64,000 nucleotides of DNA from a bacterium (GTDB lineage: Bacteria; UBA8248): positions 192,001 to 256,000 of the forward strand of contig CBDBZY010000041.1 in the NCBI GenBank assembly GCA_965213685.1, written 5' to 3'. Position numbers and translations under genes: made by a program. The notes beneath the pieces were generated by a model. It ran no database searches. It was not told where the DNA came from and saw nothing but the letters and a program-made list of their open reading frames with translations. Positions 1-38,857 of the stretch are shown here, one piece after another; within the stretch, counting starts at the first letter, position 1, and each line of letters begins with the position of its first letter.

Positions 1-1525
1 GTAGGCGAAGATACTGAGGAAACTGCTGTGGCAAGTACTTCCAGTTCCCCTTTGCATGAAGAGGAGACAATGAGTGAGGATGGTGAAGAGCAAGAAAACG
101 GTGCTGATGTGCTTGGTGATATCTCCAACTTTGAAGAGTGTGAATTAGAGTTTGATGTTGCTTTCACCCTGCACAAACGGATAAGCTGTTTTGCTCATGT
201 GCTTCAACTTGTGGTACGAAAATTTGATAGTGTTCGATCACTTAAGCGTGTACTTGCCAGTGCTCACAGACTGGTAAAGAAAGTCAACAAGTCTGTGAAA
301 GCGACTGAGAAGCTGATTGCCCTTTCAGGGCGAAAGCTCGTCAGTAACTGTCCAACTCGATGGAATTCCAGTTTTCTTCTAATAGAGCGTCTTCTTTCAG
401 TCAAGGATGAACTCTCACAGGTGCTGGTGGAGTTAGGATGGGATGGTTTACAGAACAGCGAATGGAAGACATTAGAGCAGATTCACTTCCTCCTGGAGCC
501 ATTTGCAAAGTATACATCACTGACCAGTGGAGAAGAATTCACAACCATCTCTACCGTTATTCCTGTACTCATGGAGCTGGATTGTCACCTTGAAGCTGTA
601 CGTCCTTTGTATGTCATTTGTATTCTCAGAGTGTACTGCGTGTTTAGTGGGTAAAATGTTTAGTATGTTTTAATGTGTGAGTTGCAGTTAAGTGACTTGA
701 CTGTGCATAATATTGTCACCTGTACAGGCAAAAGAGAAAACAGGTTTGAGGCAGGTAGCTACTCTTCTTCAGAAGGAGTTAGGGACCAGGTTTGCGAAAG
801 TGCAGGACCCAAAGTCTGTAAACTTTGACCCCATTCATACAATGGCAACATACTTGGATCCACGGTACCGCCTCTTGCTCAACAAGGATCAGATGGAAAG
901 TGCCAAAAAGAGCATACTGAAAGAGGTTAGTCAAAGTATACATCCTGGCTATTGTAGATGTGTAGCATTCTTAAATATATGGGCCTTCATGTTGCAATTT
1001 CCTTGTGGGATATTTTGCCGCCACCTTGTTGTGGTTGTAAAATTAGAGTGTAACTAAATGACCACCTTACATAAGTGTTATTCTCTCATCCAGTTTCAGA
1101 ATGTTGGTGCTAGTGTTGAAATGCACACAACTGAAGAGGATGTTACAGAACCAGAACAGCCCCCACCATCTAAGAAATTTCGTTACCTTTCAAGCATTCT
1201 TTTTGAAAAGAAGAAGGAACAAGCAAGTTCCCGGTCTACTAGTCCATGTTTGATGCCTGAGCAAGAAGAAGTCAGATTGTATGCATCAAGCGAGCTCGAC
1301 ATCAATGAAGACATTGATCCATTACAATTTTGGATGGAGAACGAGAGCACTTACCCTCTGCTTGCCTCATTGGCTTTTGATGTTCTTTCAATTCCGGCAT
1401 CAAGCGCCCCTGTTGAAAGAGTGTTCTCAACAGCCGGTCTAGTTTCCTCTGGAAGGCGAAATCGACTTTCTGACAGGAACTTGGAGAGGGAAATCATGCT
1501 AAAGAGAAACATGTCCTTCCTTTAG
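1..1525 (+). CDS. hAT-family (Ac/ZBED-like) transposase, 3' part, spliced (exons approx <1-597, 728-925, 1094-1525)
   Basis: CFAHVLQL, CPTRWNS, ATYLDPRY and the C-terminal dimerization motif DPLQFW...YPLLASLAFDVLSIPASSAPVERVFSTAG; GT-AG introns join the three ORFs in frame. Confidence 0.9.
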
Positions 1526-1737
1526 CTCACTGGCACTATCACTGAAGTATATAATTATTATTAATCACAACCATAACTAAAACCAATATTACTAAAACCA
1601 AACTATTGTCACCACTGTTTGGCATATGTCAACTTTAACTGTAACCATGATATCTTTAAAGCATATTTTTTTACTCAATCAAAATCAAATTACTGACTAC
1701 TCATAGATTGTAACCAAAACTGTAATTGAAATGGCTA
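1..1737 (+). mobile_element. hAT DNA transposon, right part; putative right end ...GAAATGGCTA at about 1737
   Basis: Transposase followed by AT-rich subterminal AACTAAAACC/AACTGTAA motifs; the end read on the minus strand starts TAG as in many hATs; left end is outside the window. Confidence 0.6.
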
Positions 1738-1777
1738 GTGCCATACCAAAACAACAGGTACATGTACATGTATGTAC

Positions 1778-9988
<8,211 letters not shown>

Positions 9989-10400
9989 TCTCACAGGCCT
10001 TCCCCAGTATATCAAAATTACTTTCGAATAAAAAAAACAAAAGGGAAATTCCCTTCTGAGCTGTTTGATGATGTCACGAGTTTGAGTGAGTACACGCGGC
10101 GCGCGCATCTAGTACTCACGTGGGCGTGTAGAACGAGTACATTTTGCGTGGTGCCAGACCAGCACGTCATGATCGATTTATGGAGTGAATGCGCCGTGTC
10201 TCATGACGTAGTACAAAACCAAAGTTGCTTGTTTTGCACATAGACACTAGCGTTAGTGCAGGAAGCAAAAGACTAAACGTACTCGCACGAGAACCAGCAA
10301 ATCTGATCGCTGGAGTAGCGCATTGGGTCAAAAGAACAAGAAATACAAGCAACTGAAGGGTCTGCGTGAGAACTGCTCTGTTATAAGTCGTCGTATTGAG
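9989..10400. promoter_or_regulatory. Putative bidirectional CpG-rich promoter between MED25 and the bMERB gene
   Basis: Head-to-head genes about 0.4 kb apart; local CpG enrichment (CACGCGGCGCGCGC), CACGTG, TGACGT. Confidence 0.5.
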
Positions 10401-10403
10401 CCA

Positions 10404-14250
<3,847 letters not shown>

Positions 14251-15712
14251 AGAGGGAGAGATATATGTAACAAAAAGCATACCAACAATATAATTATTCT
14301 TTTGTCCTTGTACTTTTGGGGTTACTTCAATCAACTGCTAGGTGCTATGATGTAGTTGTCAAGTATACGTAAACATTGTTGCTTGTTTTTACTGCATTTC
14401 ACTGACATTTCACTTTATTACATTTTCATGGTGATAATTATTATGACGTGCTCAGCCCTATAATTATAATTATACAATTATACATGTACATGCAGTCTGT
14501 CATTCAAGGTATCAGTTCATATTTCTTGTCCTCAATCTCAATGCACTACTGTATCATTTTATAGTAGCTAGCATCATTCATTTATGCATACTATCATACT
14601 CCTAACGATTTCCTCAGAACACTTTACCTTTTACCAATGTGCTGCATTGTTTTGCCATCACAAAACAAGTGTATGACCAAGAGGAGGTGCAAGACTGGCC
14701 AGGGTCCTCACCAAACATCCTGCATGAGGCTACTGCCACTGAAGCAGAAAGTACTAACTCCATGCCGTGGTGAAAATAGAACTTGTTCTCAGGTCCCTCT
14801 TATGTGGAGTTGTCCTGCTTCAAGGCTGCTTGGGACCTGGGGAACAATAGCACAGTGGTAGAGCTGCGCAGGCTGAGCATACTAGCTCATAAGCCCCTGA
14901 ACAATAGTCATTATGAGTCCACTATCATTCAATACTTATATCCATCAACCGCTATAGATTAATGTTCTATAATATAATATTTACCCCCCTCTACCACTAT
15001 CTCCCCCTGTACAACAAAAGCCTACACAATATCCTGGACAATAAATTGTATCCAACATTCCCTCTACGTTGACATAATCAACTGATCTCTCCCCCCCCCC
15101 CCGGACGTGCTATCGCTATATTTGTACACCACGAACAGGCAAAGTTGTTGATTGCCATCCCGAGCGAGAAAGGTAGTTGCATTATCGCACGGCGTGATAA
15201 ATAGTCCCACAACGCATTAGCACGGGTAAGGGTATTTAATCGCAGTTGAGTGGCCTTAAGTCTACACACTAATATAGGCAGTGTAGTATCTGATGCCTCA
15301 CAGCGCGTCAATCAATGCGGTTATACTTCACTGTTTAACTCTTGCTCGTTTACGCGTAAAATCGCCCTTTCTCGCCAAGCATGATTAATACAACCGCATA
15401 CAAAGTGTGCTATAAGGCTATTATCTGTGTTGATTTCACCATTATATGGCGATATATGGGTCACGCAGAGTATGGCATAAAATAGGGATTATTGTCGTTG
15501 TGTACAAAGGGAAAATTTTATGCCAATGCAAGCCCGTAGGCAGCAAACGGAGTGAGTGGGTGCTTTTTTTGATTAAGTGGACCTTATGAAATAAGGCTAA
15601 CTTACTCATTCAGAGAATGTTACAATTACATGAAGTATATAGTGTGTCATATATACACTTTTCAAAGGTGGTGTACACTTTACAAATATTTTTACAATCA
15701 ACTGTTAGGTAT

Positions 15713-16079
15713 CAGGGGCGACTCCTGAACAAAAGTTGAGTAGTTTCTAAGGGCTAAGTATTTGCTGCAGACAAAACACTGCAGCACTTAGGGAGGTAGT
15801 CTCGCGAGCCATACGTATTTTCAAAACGTAGGCGACGCGCGCGAGACTACTTAGGGGGGTCTGAGGGCATGGAACATTTTTAAAATCGACCTCCAGAGAT
15901 TGAATCTGAGCCATATGTTGAGCAGTTGTACAAACAAAATCAAAATTAATGTCACCTTGAATTCTCACCGCTAATAATCAATGCGCACGCGTAGTGCTAC
16001 GCTCGGCGGTAAAAATAAATGGCGGGCAAAGTTTGACCAGTTTCTATAACCCCCAGAAACCCCCCAGGAGCCGCCATTG
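15713..16079. mobile_element. Nested MITE CAGGGGCGACTCCTG...CAGGAGCCGCCATTG
   Basis: Imperfect 15-bp TIR; flanks GGTAT and AGTAT. Confidence 0.65.
15797..15849. mobile_element. 53-bp TAGTCTCG...CGAGACTA mini-element, 10-bp TSD (Academ-like ends)
   Basis: TIR TAGTCTCGCG; flanks CTTAGGGAGG and CTTAGGGGGG. Confidence 0.75.
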
Positions 16080-16179
16080 AGTATCGTACACACAGACGTA
16101 TAATGCTACTTATATATGCAAAGACTCTAATTCAAGCATCGTTGGTTCACGTACTCACGCAGTACAGTAAGCATGTGGG

Positions 16180-16303
16180 TAGTCTCGTGAACCAGACCGT
16201 ATTCCGTGAACGCGCATGCGCGAGCGAAAGGGGGAGGGGAGGAAGGGATATACTTTCGCTCGCGCATGAGCGTTCACCGAATACGGTCTGGTTCACGAGA
16301 CTA
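16180..16303. mobile_element. Palindromic TAGTCTCG MITE with perfect 9-bp TSD GCATGTGGG (Academ-like ends)
   Basis: About 50-bp near-perfect arms; identical 9-mer on both sides. Confidence 0.9.
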
Positions 16304-17345
16304 GCATGTGGGCAAACATGCGCATTTCTTTGAAAGTAGGCGTGACACGCTCACTCCGCACTCGTCAAATGCTCAAGGTGGACCTCTGTGCAAACGGGGC
16401 GGGTGCGTACGCACCCTACGCACCCCCCCTGCCTACGGGCTTGCAATGTTGCCTTTGTGCATAAAGGCAAAATTTTATGCCAAACCTGCCTTTGTGTTAC
16501 TCAAGGCAAACTTTTATGCCTATTACTTTTGCACAAAATGCCCCTGTGAAAGTCCAGCTGCGTGCGCTGTGTATATGACAGTTACACTAAGGCGAAATTT
16601 TATGCTCATTGCTTTAATGAACGGAAACATCCTCCTAATTGCCTTAATGACAGGGTCATACCCTCATCTGTCAGCACCACATATGGAAGACGTTCGCACA
16701 AAGTTTCGCCTTATATACACTTCCTCTTCTCTACGGTAAACTTTTATGCCAAATGCACCACTGAATGGCCATGCCTCAAATAACTAATCTATCACGGTCT
16801 TTGCTCTACTCAATGATCACGCCCCAAATAATAAGCATAGTCTTACCCTACAGGTCTTTGCGTTGTTTATACTAGTCGAGGATTCTCAGTAAATATACGT
16901 ATAGCAAATGGAGGTTCACGTTGTGTTTGAACTTGGTCCTATAGAGGTTATACTTGGTTTGTAGTTTGCCAGTGTGTGCCAAAAGCATTGAGCTTCCTCC
17001 ACCACAGCCACAATGTTAGAAACATTCAGACAGGTACCTTATCAGTTAATGGCCTGTCTGGAAGTCTCTATATCCCCCACTGTACATGGTGACACATCAA
17101 TGTTTGAATCTTTCTAAGAAACTGTGCAGACACATGCCTTTTGCTGTTCACTACATAGCTAAGTGCAAGTAACACTTGTGTATTTGCATGTTTTTGATCA
17201 CTTGAGAAATAGAGGAATGCTTAAATCAAAATATGTAACAAAAATCAAATCACGTATGCAGCTATATAATGATCATGATCATAACAGTAATTGCTGTCCT
17301 TCCTGAAATAATTTGTAGAAGACGCTTGACATGATAAACTACCAG

Positions 17346-18300
17346 TTAGAGCAGGTGTACATCTTCATCGGGAAATGTTTTCTCACCATCAATGTCCAAT
17401 TGTGCAATCAACTTATCTGCTTTTTTGTGATATTCTATTAGTTTTCCCTTGTACCATATGTCATCGTCATACTTTACTTCCACCTCTTGACCAACTATAA
17501 TTATTTTTTGATGGTTACAGAAGTGCCTACGCTTATCTGGTTGTTCAAATTTTGAGTCTTCATCAATAAAAGTACTGTGTAGACGCTGCTGTTTTCATGA
17601 TGCTGTAGCTTTATGCCACATTTCATCTGTTTGGCTTCTGTAGGTCAAACTGACATTGCTTTTAGAGTAATACTGTCTTTGCTTGCTTGATTAACTCGGT
17701 CCACCCCGTTTGTATCCCTAGGAGCACCAGACCAATCATTTAACTGCAAAAACTTTGGACTCAAAAATGGGGTAAATGCATCCATCAATCACACCAATGA
17801 TTGGCTTGTTTCCATGCAGCTGTTAGGGTTTCTTTGCACATTAAGGCTTCTTCAGAAAGGTTAGGAATGATGCATTTGATATCATGTAATGACATTTCAC
17901 TTTTCTGTGCACTGAATATTTTCATAATGTGCGATTTGCATTCTGCTGATGGTATTGCTCGTGCAATTGTACAGAATGAGTCTCTGCTGATTACACGAAT
18001 TTCAGCAGGCACAGATGAACTGACGCTATATATCTGCAACATGTTGGTAAGATCTGCCGTGATGTACAGGGTAGCCTATCATAAGATTGTCAGCTGTTGT
18101 TTTTACTTTTACTTACTGCGAGCTCCAATCCTTTTCTTTTTGTATCACTTCAGTGTAAAACAATTCCTTTCATAATTATATCTTTCTTGCACTGGTCCAA
18201 TATTTGCTTGAATGCTTCTGTATAAAAATTGTGCATTCTGTTTATTTGATCGAACACGGGCTACAGCCATCCAACGCATTAGTTTATAATCAAATACAGT
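17346..18300 (-). pseudogene. MULE transposase remnant ending in a Tudor-like segment
   Basis: IVGQEVEVKYDDDIWYKGKLIEY...FPDEDVHLL-stop at the C-terminus; upstream frames are broken. Confidence 0.55.
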
Positions 18301-18667
18301 AACACCTAATTAATAGGTAGAGCAAATCAGAGTTTTCATTATACGTGTCCACTTCAATATACTCTGAATTAACAAGAATGCGACTCATAAAAGTGGTGTC
18401 ATAATCAACTGATAACCCACCTCTACCCTTCCCGCTGCTGTGGTGAAGTTTAGTTTAAGTGGTAAACGTGGTCTTTAAGCGCATCGGTATCGCCTCTGGA
18501 GCATACGTGAGGGTTCGGGCATGAGATCTCGGGGTACCGCCTCCACGCCTTGCACAATTGCGCAGTAAATTGAGGCGTGGCCATTCAGTGGTGTATTTGG
18601 CGTAAAAGTTTACCGCAGAGAAGAGGAGTATATTATAAGGCGATATTTTGTGCGAACGTCTTCCATA

Positions 18668-19158
18668 TAGAGATGCGTCGATTATGCCGGCATAATTTCC
18701 GGCATATTAGGACCGCAAATGCATAGAGCATAATGCTGGCATAATAGGCACATCATTTCATTTATACGTGCGGCGCGCGCCGATTACCGCTACTTTCTAA
18801 TTAATGCGCAATAGCGACGAGTCACGAGTAACCTGGAGACGGTACCAAGACTGAAGTAGCGGGTTAGAGATCGAGGAAGTAAAACCCACACCTAGTATGG
18901 GAGCCGTTTCTGTCAAAATTCACCTTATAAAAGAAAGCCTAGTATACATCCTGGACATTAGTAAATATCTACCGCGACTCTCAAGTAGCGCGCGTTGCCT
19001 GAGATGCGTAACGCCTAGATTCACCCAAAGGTTTCACATGGCATAATGGGAAAATTCTGGAGCATAATGGGAAAGTTTTAGAGCATAATAGGGCAAATTT
19101 TGTGGAATTGCCAAAAAGCATAATAGGCAATTTTTGAGGCATAATAGACGCATGCCTA
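18668..19158. mobile_element. hAT-type MITE with 8-bp TSD CTTCCATA
   Basis: TIR TAGAGATGCGTCGATTATGCC / GGCATAATAGACGCATGCCTA; repeated GCATAAT subterminal motifs; empty site in the left MULE TIR. Confidence 0.85.
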
Positions 19159-19974
19159 CTTCCATATGTGGTGCTGACAGATGAGGGTATGCCCCTGTCA
19201 TTAAGGAAATTAGGGGATATTTCCGTTGATTAAAGCAATTGGCATAAAATATATACAGCGCACGCAGCTAGACTTTCACAGGGGCATTTTGTGCGAAAGT
19301 AATAGGCATAAAGGTTTGCCTTGAGTAACCCAAAGGCAGGTTTGGCATAAAATTTTGGCTTTGTGTACAAAGGCAACATTGGCATAAATTTTCCCTTTAT
19401 ACACAACGGATACCACTACATTTCACAGCAGACCTGTTTCCGGGGCTGCCGCTACTGGATCATCACCAAAGCAATAAGGGGAGAGTTCCCAGAAAACGTA
19501 AACGTTCTAGACCCAGCATTCAAAGTAGATTCGTTCCAATTAGGAGGCGCCACGAATTAATTAAAGAGCCATCTGGAATTTTACGTATTTAAGCGCCAGG
19601 GTGAAATGTTTTTCTGGGGCTGTATACGTAATTCGAACGTTAACGGTAACCTAACTTGCTAGATGGCGAGCTTTTAATACAATTTCCATGGTACGCTTCA
19701 CTTCATGAACGCATCTGTACATGTACATGTAACTATCACATGCTTCCCATTACTAATACTTTGTAAGGTAAACTTAGCTTTAAAAAAATTAACAATAAGA
19801 TTCAATGAACTTACTGAAGTGTATAAACCTGAGGTACTGAAACTTTAGGTACATGTAATTACAAGTTATTAATGCCATACACTTAGTGATGTAGAGTGCA
19901 CATGTCAGGGTATGTGTGTGTGGAGTATAAACTACTAGTGTGGTTGTCCAATGCCGGATAGATGCAGCTATATA

Positions 19975-34196
<14,222 letters not shown>

Positions 34197-35098
34197 CTGG
34201 AGGAGGAAAGGTCAGTGACACACTGGACTAGAGTGCAATGATGGCGGTGGTGCACACACTGTGTGGCGCTGTGCAGTGTGGCAGGATGCTACACACTGGA
34301 TAGTGCTGTCCTCTGTGCCTATTGCTAGATGCCTGCACCATGTGTCAGGCCCGTATCCAGAGCGCGGGGAGTTTGGGAGGCTCCAATGAACGCCCCTTGT
34401 CCGTGTCACTGAGTTGACTTGCGACTGGCGCGAGACTATGAGAGCAAGTGACCTCAACACTCCAGTAGGGGAAGCTGATCGTCTATATATCTTCGTTGCT
34501 ATCTCATTCCACTAGGGAGTTTCTCTGCCGGTCCATCGATCTGCAGTCTATCTCTTTTGCACTACAGCATGTTGTAATATCACCACAATCAACATGAAAG
34601 GCACACATGACATCGTGAATGCATGTGGGTGTGTCTATAGCTAGGGTACTGGACCCTCCAAGACCCTCTCACTACAAACGCGGGAAGCATTCAGCTCTGT
34701 ACTGACATAGTGCAGTGAAATCCAGTACAAATGACACTGCAGCCAGATTTTGGATACCGTCCTGGATGGTAAGATCTGGCCACTGTGTCCCTTCTACTGG
34801 ATTTGACTCCACTGTGTCAGTACAGACCTGAATCCACTAGCATCAGGGATGCAGCTAGCATTGTATCAAGGTCCTCTGAGGGAAGACGCAAGCATTCTTG
34901 TGAACCAGAGGTAGTTTTCCCATACGAGGAAGAAATCGGACGACTTTTGCATACACATACAAGACAAAAGACTACGGCATTTGGTTCACGAGACTATAAT
35001 GCACTGGTATACATGTTTGGGCTCCCACATTGGGCGGTGCGAATACAGACTATGCTACAGGTGTTTAGCTATGTAGAGTTGCAACGTATGAGACGTAC

Positions 35099-35875
35099 TT
35101 GCAAAATTTTCTCAAAAGTTGGTCGATCTCGAGGTGCATGTTTCCAGCACGATTGCATCAGTGTGCTGATGTACGAAGGGAGCTCAGGGAGAATTTCGGG
35201 ACGCTCTCCATTGCGTATGAGTGGGAGCACGTCAAAAACCTCTTTGACGTCATGAAATGGAACCTCGTGCACAAATAGTTCATACAGGACCATGGCGAAT
35301 GAGAACACATCACATTGCTGATTGATCCTTACACTTGCTTTGTCATGAAATTCTGGAGCCATCCAACGGTAGGTCCCGGTCATGCCAGTGACTGTGGCTG
35401 TGCGCTCGAGGACGCGCACAGACCCAAAGTCACACACCTTGATGAGGTTTGCCTCTTCAAAGAGAAGTACATTTGCAGACTTCAAATCACGATGGGCCAG
35501 CCCTTCCTGATGGATGTGGAGCATTCCTCTTGCGATCTGCAAGGCCCACTTTCTGCTCAGCTGGAGTGATGGCTTCTTCTTCTCTTCGTGGAGGTAGTGG
35601 TAGAGAGACTTGTCAGCTAACTCCATACAGATGTAAATGGTGAAACCATCTCTGGTGTGGGCAACTCCCAAAAGTGGCAAGACATTGGGATGAGGAGGAA
35701 GGCTGTTTTGGATTTCAACTTCATAGGGTATTTCATTTCTGTCACAGTCCATCTTCTTAGCCGCCATGGTCTTCCCTGCCCTTGTTGCTTTGTAGACTGT
35801 AACATTGCCTTTGCCAATTCTGTCCTCAAGGGAAATCTCATCCAAATCAAAGTGAGGGAGTGATGAAGCTTTCAC
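35099..35875 (-). CDS. TKL-group (MLK/ZAK-like) protein kinase domain on a single 777-nt phase-0 exon
   Basis: AAKK, HRDLKSAN, DFG, GTYRWMAPE, CDVFSF, CW...RPTF; bounded by TTTCAG acceptor and GTACGT donor. Confidence 0.9.
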
Positions 35876-37614
35876 CTGAAAAGGAGTCACCAATTAAATA
35901 ATGAGTGCACCAGTTTGCTCGGGACATTCTACACTATATAGTATATTGGTATAGGCTTGTGGTGAATATGTTAGCAATAGAACCTGTAAAAAGGTGGAAC
36001 AAACAATATAAAATTTGTGCATGAAAGTGTTACATATATAGGATGACCCACATTTTCTTCTTGCAATGCAGAACAAAATCAGTAGCAGGGCAGAACAAAT
36101 TAGGCAAGTTTTACCCATTCTTTAGTCATTGAATGTACCCACGATGCTAATAATTGGGACAGAGGACTATCACACGCATCATCACACACAGCAGAGGAAT
36201 TCTCACCGGTTTCTCCATGGTGAGTGCAGCCTAACTGTTGGGATGGTATCGCATTCCTTGAAGGTGTACAGATCAATTCTGTAAAGGAGGAGGGATAACA
36301 CAATATATAGGTGCGTATCATACAGTACAGGGCCAAATATTAACCACAGCTTATCCTTCATGGGTTATGTATATTTCCCTTATGCTTCTGGCCTGTACTT
36401 TCATTTATATAATTTGACAATAATGTGGTGTCAGCAACTCATAACAGCCACAACACACTAACAGCATTAATACTGTGCATGATCATGAAGATATACAGGT
36501 GTGATATACAATGTAGGACCCTATGCCTGAGTGCTACACTAGGATCAGTTCATAGTGTACAGTGTACAGCTCATTGGTTCCTTGGCATCTCCTTGGGAGG
36601 AAAGCCCTCTATAGGTGAGTGGGTTCCATGCAACTCACGCAACTCACGCAACTGTCCCACTAAAGAGGCAGTGCATTCAAGTGTTCACACAACTAGAAAA
36701 TAGCAGATGTACACACATTCTTTGTTATGATAAGGTGCAGAGTTAGCACAGAACAATGCTGCTGTTGCATTGGGTAGAAACAATATCCTCCTGTGTGATA
36801 GAAAGAAGTGTGTGCCACTTCTCATGGGTTTAATTTCACACAGTTGTGGTCTAGCGAGCAATATTCACATAATTATATGCATGTACCTCTCCCCCAAAAA
36901 TGTTGTGGAATGCAAAAGACAAGGAACAAAAATCCGAGGGGACAGAAAAACAAACAGGGCTAGCTCAATGTATGGAAAAATAGTTACTCAGACTAAATGT
37001 GAGCATATTCGTGGAGAAACAGATGGACACTGCACGCACACTTCTTGGGCCAACTGTTGACAGCAGTAGTAATAATGCATTTTTGCTTCCGGCTTCTGTT
37101 GCACAACAATGATTGCACAGGAAGGTCATTTCTTTTTCTTGTCTTAACCATAGTATTAACAAATAACACAGGTTTGTGCAGGATGCAGCCTGCATGGCAA
37201 GTCATTGGGCAAGCTCTACAGTCAAGTACGATGCTCCACAGGAAGAGACTGAAAACCACTTTTTTCAACATTCCGTGCAGATACATGGTAGTGGGACAAG
37301 CTTTATATCAAACTAATCCTCCAACAATGGGGAATAAGTGGATACATTATCATCAGATTCTTGTCATGTGACTTTCACGTGGAGAAAATGGTGGTGACAT
37401 CAACACAATTCGGGTGAACGATTTAGGCATGGGATTTTTCTAAACATAGGAGTTAAGATCTGAAAATGGGGCACAGTACTTATACTCATAAGTAGTATAT
37501 GTGAACCCACTTTCATCAAGCAAACCCCAGCCACTTCTGTATGGCGACCGAAAATAATGGTTTCGGAGGACCTCTGGCGTTTGGCATGGGAAATGGTCAA
37601 TACTAGTAGTTAAG

Positions 37615-38330
37615 CCCCCAAACTTTATGTATGTATTCTAAAGTCCTTATACTTTCATCACATACTAACCTTCATTTGCACTCTTGAAGTATATTCCCAT
37701 GAGCGCACATTATTTGCAAAAGTGCTAACTTTTGGCAGCCATTTTCCACTACGTACATTGAGTGTGTACATTCCATTTCCGTGAATGTGACATCATGAAA
37801 CGGCAGAACTCCGGCACGTGCGAGCCTTTGAAAGCATCACACAGCAAAAGAGAGAGGCGCACAGCTACCTCTGCCGCTAGATGACCCAGCAGGAACGATA
37901 GGCTACTCTCATGTCCAGGTAGTTGTTGTCATACGGGTTGTCTGGCCTTCTAACGAACACAACCCGCTCTGCTATCCTAGCCCCGTGCACTTGCATACCG
38001 TAAAACTTGACACCTCTAACCTGTCCGACAAACGAAGTAAGAACAGACTCGCGTTCTGCCATCATCCATGTTCCACACAATACACGCAGGCTAGCCTGCA
38101 AAGCCCCAAGAACACATGAGACGTCATTGGCGTTACCTTGTAAATACGTCTACATCACTGATTGGCAAGATAGCCGCCAAAAGGTAGCACTTTTGCAAAT
38201 AACATGCGCTTGTGGGAATACACTTCAAGAGTACAAATGAAGGTTAGTATGCGATGAAAGTATAAGGACTTTAGAATACATACATAAAGTTTCCCATACA
38301 TAAAGTTTAGAATACATACATAAAGCTCCC
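37615..38330. mobile_element. Long-TIR non-autonomous element carrying a HIRAN-like coding fragment (37877-38070, -)
   Basis: About 125-bp inverted repeats (37620-37745 vs 38170-38292); internal VRGVKFY...VFVRRPDNPYDNN. Confidence 0.65.
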
Positions 38331-38559
38331 ATGCTTTTACAGCACACACTTCTGTACAGCACAGGCTGCAGTGCTATCTCACCATGGTCCTCTCCCTCCC
38401 ATGCTTCCTGTGTGACATTATTACCAGAAAGTGTGAGCTCTACTGTTACTATCCGCCCCCTAGGCTGGCTATCCTTAAAAATATACACTCAAAGACAGTA
38501 TCCCAGTATAAGACAGTAACTATTATACAGATATTTCACTTAATGAAATATGCTAGTAC

Positions 38560-38857
38560 CAGGAGCCCATAAACACTGTGAAGCGACGCCAAGGAGCGTC
38601 TAACAGCTGAGAACAGTGATGTCCTAAATGGGAACTTTGACCTCTCTGCTATTGGCCATTTATGGCAGTTGTAGAATCCACACTACTGTTACACCTGTAG
38701 AAGTTGTACACTTATGTAGCTTCTGTAGCAGCTGTTACATAAATGTGTGCCAAATAAGGGCATAACCTGGCTGCTGTGGTTAGTACATCACTGTTCCAAG
38801 CTATCATGCCCTGTTGGACGCTCCTTGGTGCCGCTTCACGGCACTTATGGGCTCCTG
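38560..38857. mobile_element. MITE CAGGAGCCCATAA...TTATGGGCTCCTG with 7-bp TSD CTAGTAC (P-element-like)
   Basis: About 45-bp imperfect TIR; direct repeat on both sides. Confidence 0.8.

Larger units (their letters stand above)
15529..16443. mobile_element. TIR element CAAGCCCGTAGGCAG...CTGCCTACGGGCTTG with 5-bp TSD CAATG
   Basis: 15-bp perfect TIR; empty site visible in the opposite MULE TIR (GGCAACATTGGCATA). Confidence 0.85.
15496..19408 (-). mobile_element. Decayed Mutator-like (MULE) element with long TIRs, interrupted by younger insertions
   Basis: Left TIR 15496-15528 plus 16444-about 16780 is the reverse complement of about 18570-18667 plus 19159-19408; internal minus-strand remnants GYPVHHGRS (CxxH-like) and APRDTNGVDRVN with stops and frameshifts; no clear TSD. 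Confidence 0.75.

Noticed and set aside
35894-37600. Upstream exons of the kinase gene
   Set aside because: Several candidate short exons, but none gave a recognisable or phase-verified translation
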